Assembly (NCBI GenBank): GCA_016186145.1
Contig: JACPMF010000007.1
Coordinates: forward strand, 19,302-83,301
Source of the DNA: Candidatus Sungiibacteriota bacterium
GTDB lineage: Bacteria > Patescibacteriota > Minisyncoccia > Sungbacterales > SURF-37
Direction of reading: 5' to 3'
Length of the DNA stretch: 64,000 nucleotides
The translations under genes were made by a program, and so were the position numbers. The notes beneath the pieces are model-generated. The model ran no database searches. It was not told the DNA's origin and was given only the letters and a program-made list of their open reading frames with translations. Positions within the stretch are counted from its first letter, which is position 1. Each line of letters starts with the position of its first letter. This document shows, piece by piece, positions 33,735 through 43,847 of this stretch.

Positions 33735-34661
33735 CTATCCTGTCTGCCGCCCCCCCACAAACAACTCCAGAAACGCAACCGGACCCGAAAGGCGTCCGGT
33801 TTTTATGTTTTCGTCCACGCGGAGAAGCCGCCGATAGTCGAAAATGATTTTTTTCAAAGACAGCCCGGCCGCGGTCTGATAAGTTTTTTTCGCAACAAAC
33901 TCATGAAGACCGAGCGCCCGGCCAACTGCCGACGGTGCTGTGTTTTTCTCGATGGCCGCGCGAAAAGAAATCAACGAACGAAGCGTTTTCGCGAGCGCGC
34001 CAAGAAGGTACAATTCATGCTCGCCGGCAAAAAGAAGCCGCAGAGCCGCCCCCAAAGAACGCCCTCTTTTACCGACAAATGAATCCGTAAAATCCCAAAT
34101 TTTTGCTTCCCGGAGACCCTCGCCATTTTCAAAAAGAAACCCTGCCTCAACTTTTGAAAGTTCACTGGTTAGTTTCCAAAGATCGCCGCCGGAAGAATCA
34201 AGAAGCAGTCGTTTGGCTTCTGACCGGAGAGTCGCCCCCCTACGGAGAAGTTCTTTCTCAAACCAGGAAGCGAGTTTTACTCCCGACAACAACCGGAATT
34301 CTTGAGTCTTTACGGCACTCTCTCGAACAGTAGAAAGTATCTCGCTTTCCTCAACCATAACCGGATCCCAAAAAACGAACGTACAATCTTTTGATGCGGC
34401 CCACTCCTTAAGAAGCGGCCTCACCAAAGAAAACTGTTTTTCTCCCGCCCCAGAAATTCTTTCGATAATAAAAAGCCGCCTTGGCGCCAAAAAAGACGGC
34501 GTGCGGCTCTCGTACCCAACCACTTCGATATTTTCCTCCTCGGCGTCAACGCGCTTTACAAAAGCAGCAGCCCCGCCGGCCTTCTTTCTAAATTCTCCGA
34601 CTATGCCGCGGAGAGTCATGCGGCTGCGGTAGGTATCGGGACCGGAAAGAAGATAGATCAT
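33735..34661 (-). CDS. holA: DNA polymerase III delta subunit
   Basis: 308 aa. N-terminus MIYLLSGPDTYRS..., AAA+-like clamp-loader delta architecture. Confidence 0.7.
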   Translation of the reverse strand: MIYLLSGPDTYRSRMTLRGIVGEFRKKAGGAAAFVKRVDAEEENIEVVGYESRTPSFLAPRRLFIIERISGAGEKQFSLVRPLLKEWAASKDCTFVFWDPVMVEESEILSTVRESAVKTQEFRLLSGVKLASWFEKELLRRGATLRSEAKRLLLDSSGGDLWKLTSELSKVEAGFLFENGEGLREAKIWDFTDSFVGKRGRSLGAALRLLFAGEHELYLLGALAKTLRSLISFRAAIEKNTAPSAVGRALGLHEFVAKKTYQTAAGLSLKKIIFDYRRLLRVDENIKTGRLSGPVAFLELFVGGRQTG

Positions 34662-34803
34662 GCGAATTTTATTTACGAGCGTTAGCGAGTAACTATAAAA
34701 TTCAGCACCCTGTTAAATAATTTCGCCTCTAGCGAAATTCCCTTGGCAAATAAAATCGAGGGTTTATTTGCCAAGAGATTTAACAGGGTAAAGGTTTTGT
34801 AGC
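34662..34803 (-). promoter_or_regulatory. conserved structured upstream element, copy U3
   Basis: Directly abuts the holA ATG. Stems CCCTGTTAAAT/ATTTAACAGGG, ATTTCGCC/GGCGAAAT (loop TCTA) and CTTGGCAAATAAA/TTTATTTGCCAAG. About 90% identical to U2 outside the covarying positions. Confidence 0.55.
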
Positions 34804-34846
34804 TATTTTTGCTTCGCCTCCGGCTCATAAAAATAGACAAAGCCCT

Positions 34847-35251
34847 TTATAGGTACTCGCTCCGTATAATCGTCTGAACTTTTTCGATAATTTCGCCCGG
34901 CGTAAAATAGGCCTTAACCAAGTAATCTTTCACTCCGAAACTTTTCGCGCGCCTTACATCTTCTTCCTGGCCGAGGTTCGAGAGAACCACAACGGGAATT
35001 TTTTTCAAATCCGGATCGTCCTGCATTGTCCGTAACACCTCAAACCCGTCAAGGATCGGGGGCAGAAGATCGAGAAGGATGATGTGCGGCCGCGGCTCAC
35101 CTTTCATTTTTACCAGCGCTTCTTGACCATTCTCCGCGCTTATTACTAATAAGCCCTCGCGCTTCAACTTTTCTGCAAGAAGCGTCAGCAAAAATTTATC
35201 GTCCTCAACGACCAAAATGACAAATTTGTTAAGCGCAATTCCGTTAGGCAT
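34847..35251 (-). CDS. single-domain response regulator (CheY-like receiver)
   Basis: VLVVEDD...D(54-equivalent)LLPPILDGFEV...K. 134 aa. Lies downstream of the histidine kinase gene. Confidence 0.85.
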   Translation of the reverse strand: MPNGIALNKFVILVVEDDKFLLTLLAEKLKREGLLVISAENGQEALVKMKGEPRPHIILLDLLPPILDGFEVLRTMQDDPDLKKIPVVVLSNLGQEEDVRRAKSFGVKDYLVKAYFTPGEIIEKVQTIIRSEYL

Positions 35252-35321
35252 GTTTTAACAAGTTTATTGCTCTCATGTTCCAACTATACCACAATGCTAA
35301 ACCGAATCCAGAACCCAAGGC

Positions 35322-37145
35322 TTATAACCCTTCTACTTTCCCTCGCGGCATATCGCGGGGGTCTAACGGAAAATTGAGTGAAAATGAGCTTCCTTTATTC
35401 TCCGCGCTTTCAACGGTTACGATTCCCTTGTGCCTCTCCATAACTTCATTCGCAATCCAGAGGCCCAATCCCGATCCTTCCGTTTGCACACGGATCGCGT
35501 TTCTCGCCCGAAAGAATTTTTGAAAAATGAATTTCTGCTGGTCGCGCGGTATCCCAATGCCCGTGTCTTTAACAATGCAACTGAGGGTTTTTCCAGAAAC
35601 CCGAAAAGAGATTTGAACGGACCCTTTAGGGGTGTACTTTACGGCATTATCCAAAATGTTAAAAATAGCGATCCGCAGTTTGCTTGCATCTGCGGAAATC
35701 GGCGGTAGCGCCCTATCCGGCTTCTCTAAAACGAAAGACAGCTGCCGCCGACGCCCACCGGCAGGATGCGAAATCTCTTCAAAAACTTCCCGTACCGCAT
35801 CATAAAGCTGGACGCGTTTAAAAACATACCCGAATCTTCCCTCCTCAATGCGCGAAACGTCAAGAAGATCGCTCACCAAACGAATAAGATAGTCGTTCGT
35901 AGTATGGGTTTTCCCAAGAATATTTTTCTGCTCCTCATTCAATGGACCGACATCTTGGTTTAAAACCGTTGCGAGAGCCCACTTGATCTCCGAGAGCGGC
36001 GTTCTCAACTGGTGGGACGCGACCGAAACAAAGTTTAACTTCATCTCTTCAGACTCTTTCTCCCGGGTTATATCATGAAGCACCGCGACATGGCCAAGAT
36101 TTTCATTTCCGACCCCTCGCACCGGAAGCTTGGCGACTTGAAAAGAAATTTTTTGGGGAGCGGCGATGGAAAACTCCTTCGTTTCAAAATCGTTAACCGG
36201 CAGTGTTGAAATACTTATGATGTTTTCCAAAAAAGCAGTTTCTTTCGGACGGCGCTTCTGCTGGAGGCGGATATCCGCGAGGTTCCGCCCCTCAACAAGC
36301 TTCCGCGGAACCCAAAGCAATTCCTCGGCTCTTGGATTGAAAAAAGTTACTCTTCCTTCCGGATCATACATGATAATCCCGTCAGCCAAGCTATTCACGA
36401 TAGCGATAGTTTTATTGCGCTCGGCAGCAAGGTCGGAAAAAATTTGCGCGTTGGTGATCGCCGTTGCTGCCTGATTCGCCGCAACCGTCGCAAGACGCAT
36501 CTCAAAATCGGTGAACGGGTGAACTCCCGGGAAATAGAGACACATTCCGCCAACAACTCCCCGTTTGCTTACGGTAGGAAGACAAAGAAGCGCGCGGTAA
36601 TCCTGTCTTCGTATAGCAGTTCTCCATTTCGGCCCCAAATCTTTTATGAGATTCGGGTCCGTTAAGATATCGCTCGTACCCCACGCTTTTCCGCTTTTTA
36701 CCGTCCTCCCAATCCACGCAGTTCCGAGGCGAATGGGGTATTTACGCGAATGTTCCATATACGCATTGGTCATCCCGTAATGGGCAGAAATAAAAACAGC
36801 CTTTTTGTCGGGGGTAAGTTCCCAAAAATTAACCCATTTCGCGCCAACCGCCTTGGCAATGATTTTTGCCATGTCTTCCAGAATTTTGTGCAAATCAACC
36901 TCTACCGTTAAGGTTTTTGAAACCTGCTCAAGGGCAACGAGAAGCTTCTGCTGCTTGCGGTGTTCTTTTTCAGAATGAATCGCGCTTATTCCTTTCGGCT
37001 TCGCGGCTATCGCGATGGTACGCCCTATTTTGCGATTGTTTGTCTTCGAATTTTTTTTGAAATTTCTCTCTCCCATTGAGTTCTGTGGATATCTTTTGAG
37101 CGGTCTCTTAAAAAATGATATACTAGGCGCGTAAAAGGTCAACAA
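35322..37145 (-). CDS. sensor histidine kinase with GAF/PAS sensory domains
   Basis: HisKA H-box SHQLRTPL. HATPase_c N/G1/G2 boxes (...DNAVKYT...DTGIGIP...GSGLGLWIA...). About 600 aa with N-terminal sensory domains. The true start is possibly internal. Confidence 0.85.
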   Translation of the reverse strand: MLTFYAPSISFFKRPLKRYPQNSMGERNFKKNSKTNNRKIGRTIAIAAKPKGISAIHSEKEHRKQQKLLVALEQVSKTLTVEVDLHKILEDMAKIIAKAVGAKWVNFWELTPDKKAVFISAHYGMTNAYMEHSRKYPIRLGTAWIGRTVKSGKAWGTSDILTDPNLIKDLGPKWRTAIRRQDYRALLCLPTVSKRGVVGGMCLYFPGVHPFTDFEMRLATVAANQAATAITNAQIFSDLAAERNKTIAIVNSLADGIIMYDPEGRVTFFNPRAEELLWVPRKLVEGRNLADIRLQQKRRPKETAFLENIISISTLPVNDFETKEFSIAAPQKISFQVAKLPVRGVGNENLGHVAVLHDITREKESEEMKLNFVSVASHQLRTPLSEIKWALATVLNQDVGPLNEEQKNILGKTHTTNDYLIRLVSDLLDVSRIEEGRFGYVFKRVQLYDAVREVFEEISHPAGGRRRQLSFVLEKPDRALPPISADASKLRIAIFNILDNAVKYTPKGSVQISFRVSGKTLSCIVKDTGIGIPRDQQKFIFQKFFRARNAIRVQTEGSGLGLWIANEVMERHKGIVTVESAENKGSSFSLNFPLDPRDMPRGKVEGL

Positions 37146-37168
37146 CTAAACTAGCAACAATCAACATA

Positions 37169-37717
37169 ATGACTCTATCAAAATTCTTGCCAGTCGCGGC
37201 AATAGTCGGCATTCTTGCCGCATTATGGATCATCGTCGGCGTAAAGTTCGGGCTTGTCCTCTGGGTTCCCTTTTTAAGCTGGGCGCTCTTCTTTGGGGCG
37301 GGAGCCGGCAAATTCAGCCGCGTCCCTAAAGAAGTCATCGGACTTCTCGGAGGAACCATTGCGGCAATATTAGTAGTTTGGCTTCTCCCTGTCTTTACCC
37401 AATACCTGGGAAGTTTCTGGGCGCTCCCAGCACTTGTCTTTCTTGCGGGCTTTACTATCGTGATGCTTGAACTTACCAACTGGTTTGAACTCGCCCCTGC
37501 CTATTTCTACAGTTTTGCAGGATTTTTTGCGTACCTCTTCGGTGGATTTGCGAGCACAACAACGGTGAACTCGCAAATGGTCACCATGTTCGTATTACTC
37601 CTTCTTGCCGGTACGGCGCTGGGAGTAATAAGCGGGTTTCTCCGCAAAACAGTTCTTAATGCGCTGGGTGTTCCTCCGGAACAGCAAAAAACAATTTTTG
37701 ATAAAGAAACGATTTAA
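37169..37717 (+). CDS. DUF1097-like inner membrane protein
   Basis: 182 aa, 5-6 TM helices, Gly/Phe-rich (FGGFAST), reminiscent of YcdZ/DUF1097. Confidence 0.55.
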   Translation: MTLSKFLPVAAIVGILAALWIIVGVKFGLVLWVPFLSWALFFGAGAGKFSRVPKEVIGLLGGTIAAILVVWLLPVFTQYLGSFWALPALVFLAGFTIVMLELTNWFELAPAYFYSFAGFFAYLFGGFASTTTVNSQMVTMFVLLLLAGTALGVISGFLRKTVLNALGVPPEQQKTIFDKETI

Positions 37718-37753
37718 GAACAAAACACCTCTTTTACAATACCAGTATACTCC

Positions 37754-37790
37754 GCGCTACAACTTCGTTGTAGCGCGTTTATTTTATTTT
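37754..37790 (+). terminator. rho-independent terminator
   Basis: GCGCTACAACTTCGTTGTAGCGC hairpin followed by GTTTATTTTATTTT. Confidence 0.55.
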
Positions 37791-37810
37791 AAAAGTCATC
37801 TCAAAACTTA

Positions 37811-37910
37811 CATCCGCGCTTTCCGCGTAACAATCCGCATCGATCCGCGGGGACTCCGCGGAAATATGCGGATAGCGACGCAGATTTATACGGAAGTCGA
37901 TTTTGAAATT
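37811..37910. repeat. intergenic repeat family R2, copy B
   Basis: CATCCGCGCTTTCCGCG...ATCCGCGGGGACTCCGCGGAAATATGCGGATAGCGACGCAGATTTATACGGAAGTCGATTTTGAAATTGAT is homologous to 11521..11618. Confidence 0.5.
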
Positions 37911-37914
37911 GATC

Positions 37915-40548
37915 CTAACTTAACTCGCCCCAATTTTTCCCTTTCTTGACGTCAACGCCGAGACGCACTCTTCCGCGCCAAACTCCCTCCATTGCGGATT
38001 TAATTTCCAAAAGAACCTCGTCGGCGCTATCCTCTTTTAGCTCGCAGAGCAGCTCGTCATGGATCTGCAAAAGCATGCTGGCTTTCCCCAAAAAACGTTC
38101 CCGGATCAAACCATGAACCTTTATCATGGCTTTTTTCACAACATCCGCGGCCGTACCCTGAATCGGCGTATTGACCGCCATGCGCTCTGCCTCGGATCGA
38201 ATCATCGGATGCGGTGAAACGATTCCCGGCAGCGTGCGCTTCCTGCCGAAGGCTGTTTTGACGAATCCGTGTTCGCGCGCGAACTCTCGGGTGTCCTCGA
38301 TAAATTCAGCAATACCCCGAAAGTCGTTGAAGTATTCCGCAATAAACGTTTCAGCCTCCTCAACAGTAATGCCAGCGGCCTCGGCAAATCCTCTGGCACC
38401 CATGCCATAGAGCACTCCAAAATTCAGCGCCTTGGCTTTCCGGCGCAATTCCGGCGTTACCTTTTCAAGCGGCACATTGTTAACTTCGGCGGCAGTCAAA
38501 GAGTGAATGTCAAAGCCGTTTTCGAACGCCTCGATCATCTTCCTATCATTGGCAAGGTCGGCGGCAATGCGAAGTTCTATCTGCGAATAGTCAAAAGAAA
38601 CAAGCGTCCAGCCCGATTCCGCCGTAAACGCTTTGCGGATTTCCCGGCCAAATTCCGTTTTCACAGGGATATTTTGTAAGTTAGGGTTCTCCGAAGCAAG
38701 GCGTCCGGTTTCGGTTCGTGTTTGGTTAAACGTAGTATGCAAACGACCGTCTTTGCCGACAAACTCGGGCAAAGGGTCAATGTAAGTGGTCTTCAACTTT
38801 GAAAGCTCGCGGTGTCGGATAATCTTTTCAACAATCGGGTGGCGCCCAACGAGTTTCGACAGCTCAGAAAACTTTGTCGAAATCTTACCGCCGCCGGTTT
38901 TCCGGATACCCTTCGTGGTTATGCCCATTTTTTCAAACAGGACTTCCGAAACTTGCTGAGGCGAACTGAGATTAAACTCTACTCCCGCCTCTTTATAAAC
39001 CGCTCCGGTGAGAGATTTGAGTTCTTTGCCAACCTTCATGCCAAGCCCTTTAAGCGGCTCAATGCGGAATCGAATTCCGCGCATTTCCATCTCGGCCAAA
39101 ATAGGAGCAAGCGGAATTTCAATGGCTTCAAAAACATCCCAGAGCCCTTCTTCTTTAAGGCGAACCTCAACTTTCGGCCCGAGTTTCAACAAAGTTTGCA
39201 GTGTTGCCGATACGTCGCCGGAGGGCGGCACACTCCCAAGCTCAGCGCCAGCCAAGCCCTCAAAAGAGTACTCACTTTTCCCGGGATCAAGAAGATGCGC
39301 GGCAAGCACAAAATCAAAAAGTTCTCTTCCTTGAATTCCCTCTGGGAGTAACACTTTGTAAACCGGCTTTGCGCCAAATACATATTTCCGCGTATCGGAT
39401 TCAAAAAATTCTTTTAGCGTTTCGTCAGAAAAATCCCTCCATGAAAACGAAAAAATTTTTCCGTTGGGAAGCATCATGACTATTTTTGACTCTTTTTCCG
39501 CAAACGAGATCGCCGCCGAGGAAACTTTTTTCTGCAACGCCCTTCGAAACGCCGAAACCCCGGGGAACCCCATCGAACTGAAAAGCGCGCCCTGATTTCC
39601 GGCCGGGACTTCATTTTTCTTCGAAACAGGTGCTGCCGCAACTTCTTTCAAGCGTTTCACCAGACTGAAAAACCCGAGATCGCGAAAAAGTTTTTCAACC
39701 GCATCGTCGCGGCGTTCTGCTACTCGAGAAATTTTTTCGAGTCCAAAATCAACCGGTGCGTCTTTTTTGATAGTTGCAAGCTCCCGCGAGAAAAAAGCGT
39801 CTTTTTTGCCCTGAACCAGTTTTTCTTTTACCGCTTCTCTGGCAACCAGCTTTCCGCTCTCAAGCGCCTGATAAAGCTTCTCGAGAGTTTCATAAGGAGC
39901 CAGAAGATCCGATGCGGTTTTCTCGCCAATACCCTTGACGCCGGGAATATTATCGGACGGATCGCCGCGAAGACCTTTATAATCAGGAAGGAATTTCGGC
40001 CCAATGCCGAACCTTGATCGCACCGCTTTCTCATCGTAAAGAACGGTATCGGAAACGCCTTTTCTCATGGTCCACACTTTTGTCTTCGGACCAACCAGCT
40101 GTAAAGTATCCATGTCGCCGGTAACAATAATAATTTCAACCTCCGGGTGTTTTTTTTGAGTCCTCTCGACGGCAGTTCCGATAACGTCATCGGCCTCAAA
40201 CCCTTCATTCTCGAAAACCGAAACGCCAAAAGCGGCGAGAACCTCTTTCACCCTTGGAATTTGCGCGTAAAGCTCGTCAGGGGCTTTTACCCGTGTCGCT
40301 TTATACTCTTTATATGCCTCGTGCCTGAAAGTCGGCTTGGGAGTATCAAACGCCGCAACAACATAGTCCGGCCTCTCCTCGCGAAGAATCCGGAGAAGGA
40401 TGGTTGTAAACCCATACACGGCATTCGTCGGCTCGCCCAAAGGCGATGTCAACGGCGGCAAAGCATGAAAAGCGCGATGGATGATAGCGTTGGCGTCAAT
40501 AAGAACTAATTTCTTTTTCGTCTTTTTGATTTTAAATTGTTTTGCCAT
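37915..40548 (-). CDS. polA: DNA polymerase I
   Basis: 877 aa. N-terminal 5'-3' exonuclease (LVLIDANAIIHRAFHA...) and C-terminal family A polymerase motifs (...RRKAKALNFGVLYGMG..., QIHDELL). Confidence 0.95.
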   Translation of the reverse strand: MAKQFKIKKTKKKLVLIDANAIIHRAFHALPPLTSPLGEPTNAVYGFTTILLRILREERPDYVVAAFDTPKPTFRHEAYKEYKATRVKAPDELYAQIPRVKEVLAAFGVSVFENEGFEADDVIGTAVERTQKKHPEVEIIIVTGDMDTLQLVGPKTKVWTMRKGVSDTVLYDEKAVRSRFGIGPKFLPDYKGLRGDPSDNIPGVKGIGEKTASDLLAPYETLEKLYQALESGKLVAREAVKEKLVQGKKDAFFSRELATIKKDAPVDFGLEKISRVAERRDDAVEKLFRDLGFFSLVKRLKEVAAAPVSKKNEVPAGNQGALFSSMGFPGVSAFRRALQKKVSSAAISFAEKESKIVMMLPNGKIFSFSWRDFSDETLKEFFESDTRKYVFGAKPVYKVLLPEGIQGRELFDFVLAAHLLDPGKSEYSFEGLAGAELGSVPPSGDVSATLQTLLKLGPKVEVRLKEEGLWDVFEAIEIPLAPILAEMEMRGIRFRIEPLKGLGMKVGKELKSLTGAVYKEAGVEFNLSSPQQVSEVLFEKMGITTKGIRKTGGGKISTKFSELSKLVGRHPIVEKIIRHRELSKLKTTYIDPLPEFVGKDGRLHTTFNQTRTETGRLASENPNLQNIPVKTEFGREIRKAFTAESGWTLVSFDYSQIELRIAADLANDRKMIEAFENGFDIHSLTAAEVNNVPLEKVTPELRRKAKALNFGVLYGMGARGFAEAAGITVEEAETFIAEYFNDFRGIAEFIEDTREFAREHGFVKTAFGRKRTLPGIVSPHPMIRSEAERMAVNTPIQGTAADVVKKAMIKVHGLIRERFLGKASMLLQIHDELLCELKEDSADEVLLEIKSAMEGVWRGRVRLGVDVKKGKNWGELS

Positions 40549-40602
40549 GCCAAACTAAAAAGTAAAAATGAAAAAGGAAAAATCAAAATGTAAAACTAAA
40601 AA

Positions 40603-40974
40603 CTACCGTCGGCCCTTGATAGTGAGAATGCTGGCACCAAGAATGTTGGCTATCTCAATAAGCTCGTTGAGCAGGAATTCTATTTCTTGTCTGTTGCCGC
40701 GGCCAGTATCACGGAGAACAGCCAACCAAAATCTGGATTCATTGGCCGACTTTAGCGCATGATGCAAGAAATTTGCGAAATCTTTTTTAGAGCTTGCTGC
40801 TTGGGCTTCTATATAGTTTGCTCCCACACTCCCGCCGCTACGAAATAATTGATCAACAATTCTCTGTGTAATAGTGTCTTTAGGAGCTGAATCAAGAAAT
40901 TTGATTAGACGTAGTACCCAAATATAAATGCGGCGCTTAAATTCAGTTTTGAATTTTTCCTTGTCGTTTTTCAT
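40603..40974 (-). CDS. four-helix-bundle protein (TIGR02436-like; 23S rRNA intervening-sequence protein family)
   Basis: 123 aa. ...RSGGSVGANYIEAQAASSKKDFANFLHHALKSANESRFWLAV... matches the characteristic motif. Confidence 0.75.
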   Translation of the reverse strand: MKNDKEKFKTEFKRRIYIWVLRLIKFLDSAPKDTITQRIVDQLFRSGGSVGANYIEAQAASSKKDFANFLHHALKSANESRFWLAVLRDTGRGNRQEIEFLLNELIEIANILGASILTIKGRR

Positions 40975-40991
40975 TTTTAATTTTTACCTTT

Positions 40992-41471
40992 TCATTTAAT
41001 AATGATGTGCCTATGTCCTCTTCCCTTATGCTTCAACTCTACCCACAGCGCATCTTTTGGAATATGCTTTTTTATCTTCTCCGGCCACTCAACCGCAACA
41101 AAGTTTTGCGCATCGTCGAAAACCCCATTAAACCAGGATGCCGCCGGCTCTTTTTTGCCGCCAAGACGGTACGCGTCAATATGAACCAGAACGCGCCAGG
41201 GCATACCGCGTTTTTTCACCTTGTATTTTTTCGCGATAACGAAAGTCGGACTCTGAACTTTTTCTGAAACGCCGAGCGCCTTCCCGAGACCCTGAACAAG
41301 CGTGGTCTTTCCTGTTCCAAGCTCGCCGGAAAGAGCAACGACTGCTGCCGTTCCGATTTTTGAAAAATCTTTTTTAAGTTTTTTAATGACAAAACGAGCG
41401 ACCCTTTTGGTTTCAACGGGATTTTTGGTGCGATACCTCATCGGCTTAAGCGTAACAAAAATTGAGGGCAA
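40992..41471 (-). CDS. tsaE: tRNA threonylcarbamoyladenosine biosynthesis ATPase TsaE
   Basis: P-loop ALSGELGTGKTTLVQGL. About 159 aa, YjeE family. Confidence 0.85.
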   Translation of the reverse strand: MPSIFVTLKPMRYRTKNPVETKRVARFVIKKLKKDFSKIGTAAVVALSGELGTGKTTLVQGLGKALGVSEKVQSPTFVIAKKYKVKKRGMPWRVLVHIDAYRLGGKKEPAASWFNGVFDDAQNFVAVEWPEKIKKHIPKDALWVELKHKGRGHRHIIIK

Positions 41472-41536
41472 ACCCCAACGCCAATAAAAAATCCCGACCG
41501 CGCGCGGCCGGGAACGAAAACCAAAACGTTGCCTCG

Positions 41537-42472
41537 TTACTCTCCCTTTTTCAACTCCTCGTCAGTAAGGTCATGGAACGAATCGGGGTGTTCAAGGTCG
41601 AATTTTGTCACATGCTGAAGATGATGCGGATCGAATCCCGCTTGACGGATTTCTTGGATCAGCGCGCGAAACTCCGCCCTGTCCTTAACTGCCGTTGCCC
41701 CGGCCCGGCGCGGAAGCTGGCGATCAAATACGATTTTTGATCCCCTCTTGACCTCTGCCCCGTTTCCCCGCCCATCGCTGTAAAACTGCGAGAGAACAAG
41801 GATGCGAGTGCCAACGTACACGGCCTCTTCAAGGTCGTGCGTGACAAAAAAAATCGTCATCTCGAACCGTTCCCAGAGTTCCAGCAAAAACACCTGAAGG
41901 TGTTCCCGCACTCCGGGGTCCAGCGCGCCAAACGGCTCGTCCATCAAAAGGATCTTCGGCTTCATGATCAGGGCTTGCGCCAGCGCTACCCGCTGCTGCA
42001 TGCCGCCGGAAAGCTCGTGAGGAAACTTATCTTTGTGTTCCGCAAGTTTGACTGCCTCGATGTAGAACATCGCTTCATCGTGAAATTCTCTACTCTTCCC
42101 AAGCGACCCCAGAATCCCATGCCCTAACCGCCTTCCAAAAACTACATTGTCAAACACCGTCAGAAACGGATAGAGCGAGTATTGCTGGTACACGATACCC
42201 CGGTCAACACTTGGGAAACCAACCGGCTTTCCACCGACCGAGACCTCGCCCGAAGTCGGGCGCTCTTCACCGAGAACCAATCGGAAAAGCGTTGACTTTC
42301 CGCACCCCGAGGGGCCGACCAAAGAACAAAGTTCTCCGCCGCGGACGGCGAGATCAACATTGTCAAGAACAACTTTCGGGCCATACGCCTTGTATACATC
42401 CTTGAGAAAAAGCACGCTCGCCCTTCGAAGCTCGTCGGCCGTTTTGATCATCCTCATCCCCCTATGACTCAC
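41537..42472 (-). CDS. ABC transporter ATP-binding protein (NitT/TauT family)
   Basis: Walker [10 protein letters not shown], signature LSGGMQQR, Walker [13 protein letters not shown]-loop, plus a roughly 60-aa C-terminal extension. Confidence 0.9.
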   Translation of the reverse strand: MSHRGMRMIKTADELRRASVLFLKDVYKAYGPKVVLDNVDLAVRGGELCSLVGPSGCGKSTLFRLVLGEERPTSGEVSVGGKPVGFPSVDRGIVYQQYSLYPFLTVFDNVVFGRRLGHGILGSLGKSREFHDEAMFYIEAVKLAEHKDKFPHELSGGMQQRVALAQALIMKPKILLMDEPFGALDPGVREHLQVFLLELWERFEMTIFFVTHDLEEAVYVGTRILVLSQFYSDGRGNGAEVKRGSKIVFDRQLPRRAGATAVKDRAEFRALIQEIRQAGFDPHHLQHVTKFDLEHPDSFHDLTDEELKKGE

Positions 42473-43334
42473 GAACCACGAAATACCAGGGATACTTCCA
42501 ACGCATATAAGTCCTTAACAGCCAATCTGCTGCAAAACCGAGAAATGTGATAAGCAAGACATACGGGATGATCACATCCATTGCCTGATAGCGGCGTACG
42601 AGATAAATGCGGTATCCCAGCCCCTCGCTTGCCGCAAACGCTTCGGCGGCAAGGAGAAAAAGCCATGCCGGCCCTAAAGAGAGCCGGACAGATTCGATCA
42701 GCCGAGGCATTACTTGCGGAAAAACAACCCTATACACAACACCAAGCGGCGATGCCCCAAGAGTTAACGCCTTCGTAATGTGTTCTTTCGGAAGTTTGCA
42801 TGCGGCAAGATGCACATCAAGCGACATCACCCACGCCGTGCCGATGAAAATCAAAACAACTTTCACCGTCTCGTGAACGCCGAATGCAACCAAAAGAATC
42901 GGGAGAATGGCAAGCGGCGGAACGATTGACAAAAATTTCGTAAACGGCAGAAGAAGCGCGCGAAACCCGGGGAAACATCCCTGATTCAACCCCAGGAAAA
43001 GAGCGCTAAGCGCGGCAAGCGCCATGCCCATGCCGAGGCGCCTCAAGCTTGAAAGAGTATCCTGAAGAAGAATGTAGTGCCCAGTGCGTAAATCTTCGGT
43101 TGCTACTAACTCCTTAACCGCTTCTGCCATTTTCATAACAGAGGGAAGATATTTATAGTCAGGATTCTCCTTAAGACGAATGTCAGATGCGATAAGATAA
43201 ACGCTTACCAAAACAGCAAACGGTACCAAAGCGAGAAACCAGTTCAAATACCTCCCTGGTCCGGCATGAAGCCCCCAAAAGCACGGGTTTCTCCTGCGGC
43301 GTTCCCAGAAATTCATTAGCTTTTCTCGCATCAA
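42462..43334 (-). CDS. ABC transporter permease (NitT/TauT family)
   Basis: 6-TM permease with the EAA-like loop (...ALTLGASPLGVVYRVVFPQVMP...). Confidence 0.85.
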   Translation of the reverse strand: MMREKLMNFWERRRRNPCFWGLHAGPGRYLNWFLALVPFAVLVSVYLIASDIRLKENPDYKYLPSVMKMAEAVKELVATEDLRTGHYILLQDTLSSLRRLGMGMALAALSALFLGLNQGCFPGFRALLLPFTKFLSIVPPLAILPILLVAFGVHETVKVVLIFIGTAWVMSLDVHLAACKLPKEHITKALTLGASPLGVVYRVVFPQVMPRLIESVRLSLGPAWLFLLAAEAFAASEGLGYRIYLVRRYQAMDVIIPYVLLITFLGFAADWLLRTYMRWKYPWYFVVRES

Positions 43335-43501
43335 TGCCTCCTGTTTTTCTTGTAAAGGTGCTTTTTCACTTTCGCGAGCATAACATAGAATTTAACAAGC
43401 GTCAAATTGACTTTAATAAACAGCTGTGGTACATATTACATATAGTTCCCTTTGTGTCGTGTCGGCGAAGGCGCAGACCCTAAAAACCCTGGAGGGTAGA
43501 C

Positions 43502-43759
43502 GTGAAAAGAGTTAACGTTACCGAAACCTTTGTTATCTTAATCGCCCTTGCGCTTGCTGGCTGCCACGGAGAAGAAGACTGGACAGGAGAAGTGCGGCTC
43601 ACCAACGGCACGACCCTTTCCTGTCCTGCAAGTGTTGACTTCAGCGGGGACCCAATTTCTTGTTATCAAAGCTCAACCACTGAAAATCATACGCCGATTA
43701 CCGTCCCTCGCAACCAGGTTTCTGAAATCCTTGTACGAAATAAAAAGACCTTGAAATAG
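43502..43759 (+). CDS. small lipoprotein (hypothetical)
   Basis: GTG start with GGAGGG RBS. Signal peptide with lipobox LAGC. 85 aa. Confidence 0.5.
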   Translation: MKRVNVTETFVILIALALAGCHGEEDWTGEVRLTNGTTLSCPASVDFSGDPISCYQSSTTENHTPITVPRNQVSEILVRNKKTLK

Positions 43760-43768
43760 ATCAGCCGC

Positions 43769-43795
43769 GGTCCTCCAAAAAAGGACCGTTTTTTT
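43769..43795 (+). terminator. rho-independent terminator
   Basis: GGTCCTCCAAAAAAGGACC hairpin followed by GTTTTTTTAT. Confidence 0.6.
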
Positions 43796-43847
43796 ATAAA
43801 AAAGCCCCGCTATCAAAGCGGAGCGTAATCGTATCTAAAGAACTTCT

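Noticed and set aside
40568-40762. 64-aa + strand ORF between polA and the four-helix-bundle gene
   Set aside because: Overlaps the four-helix-bundle gene antisense. Lys-rich at the start only because of the A-rich spacer. No RBS or other coding signal.
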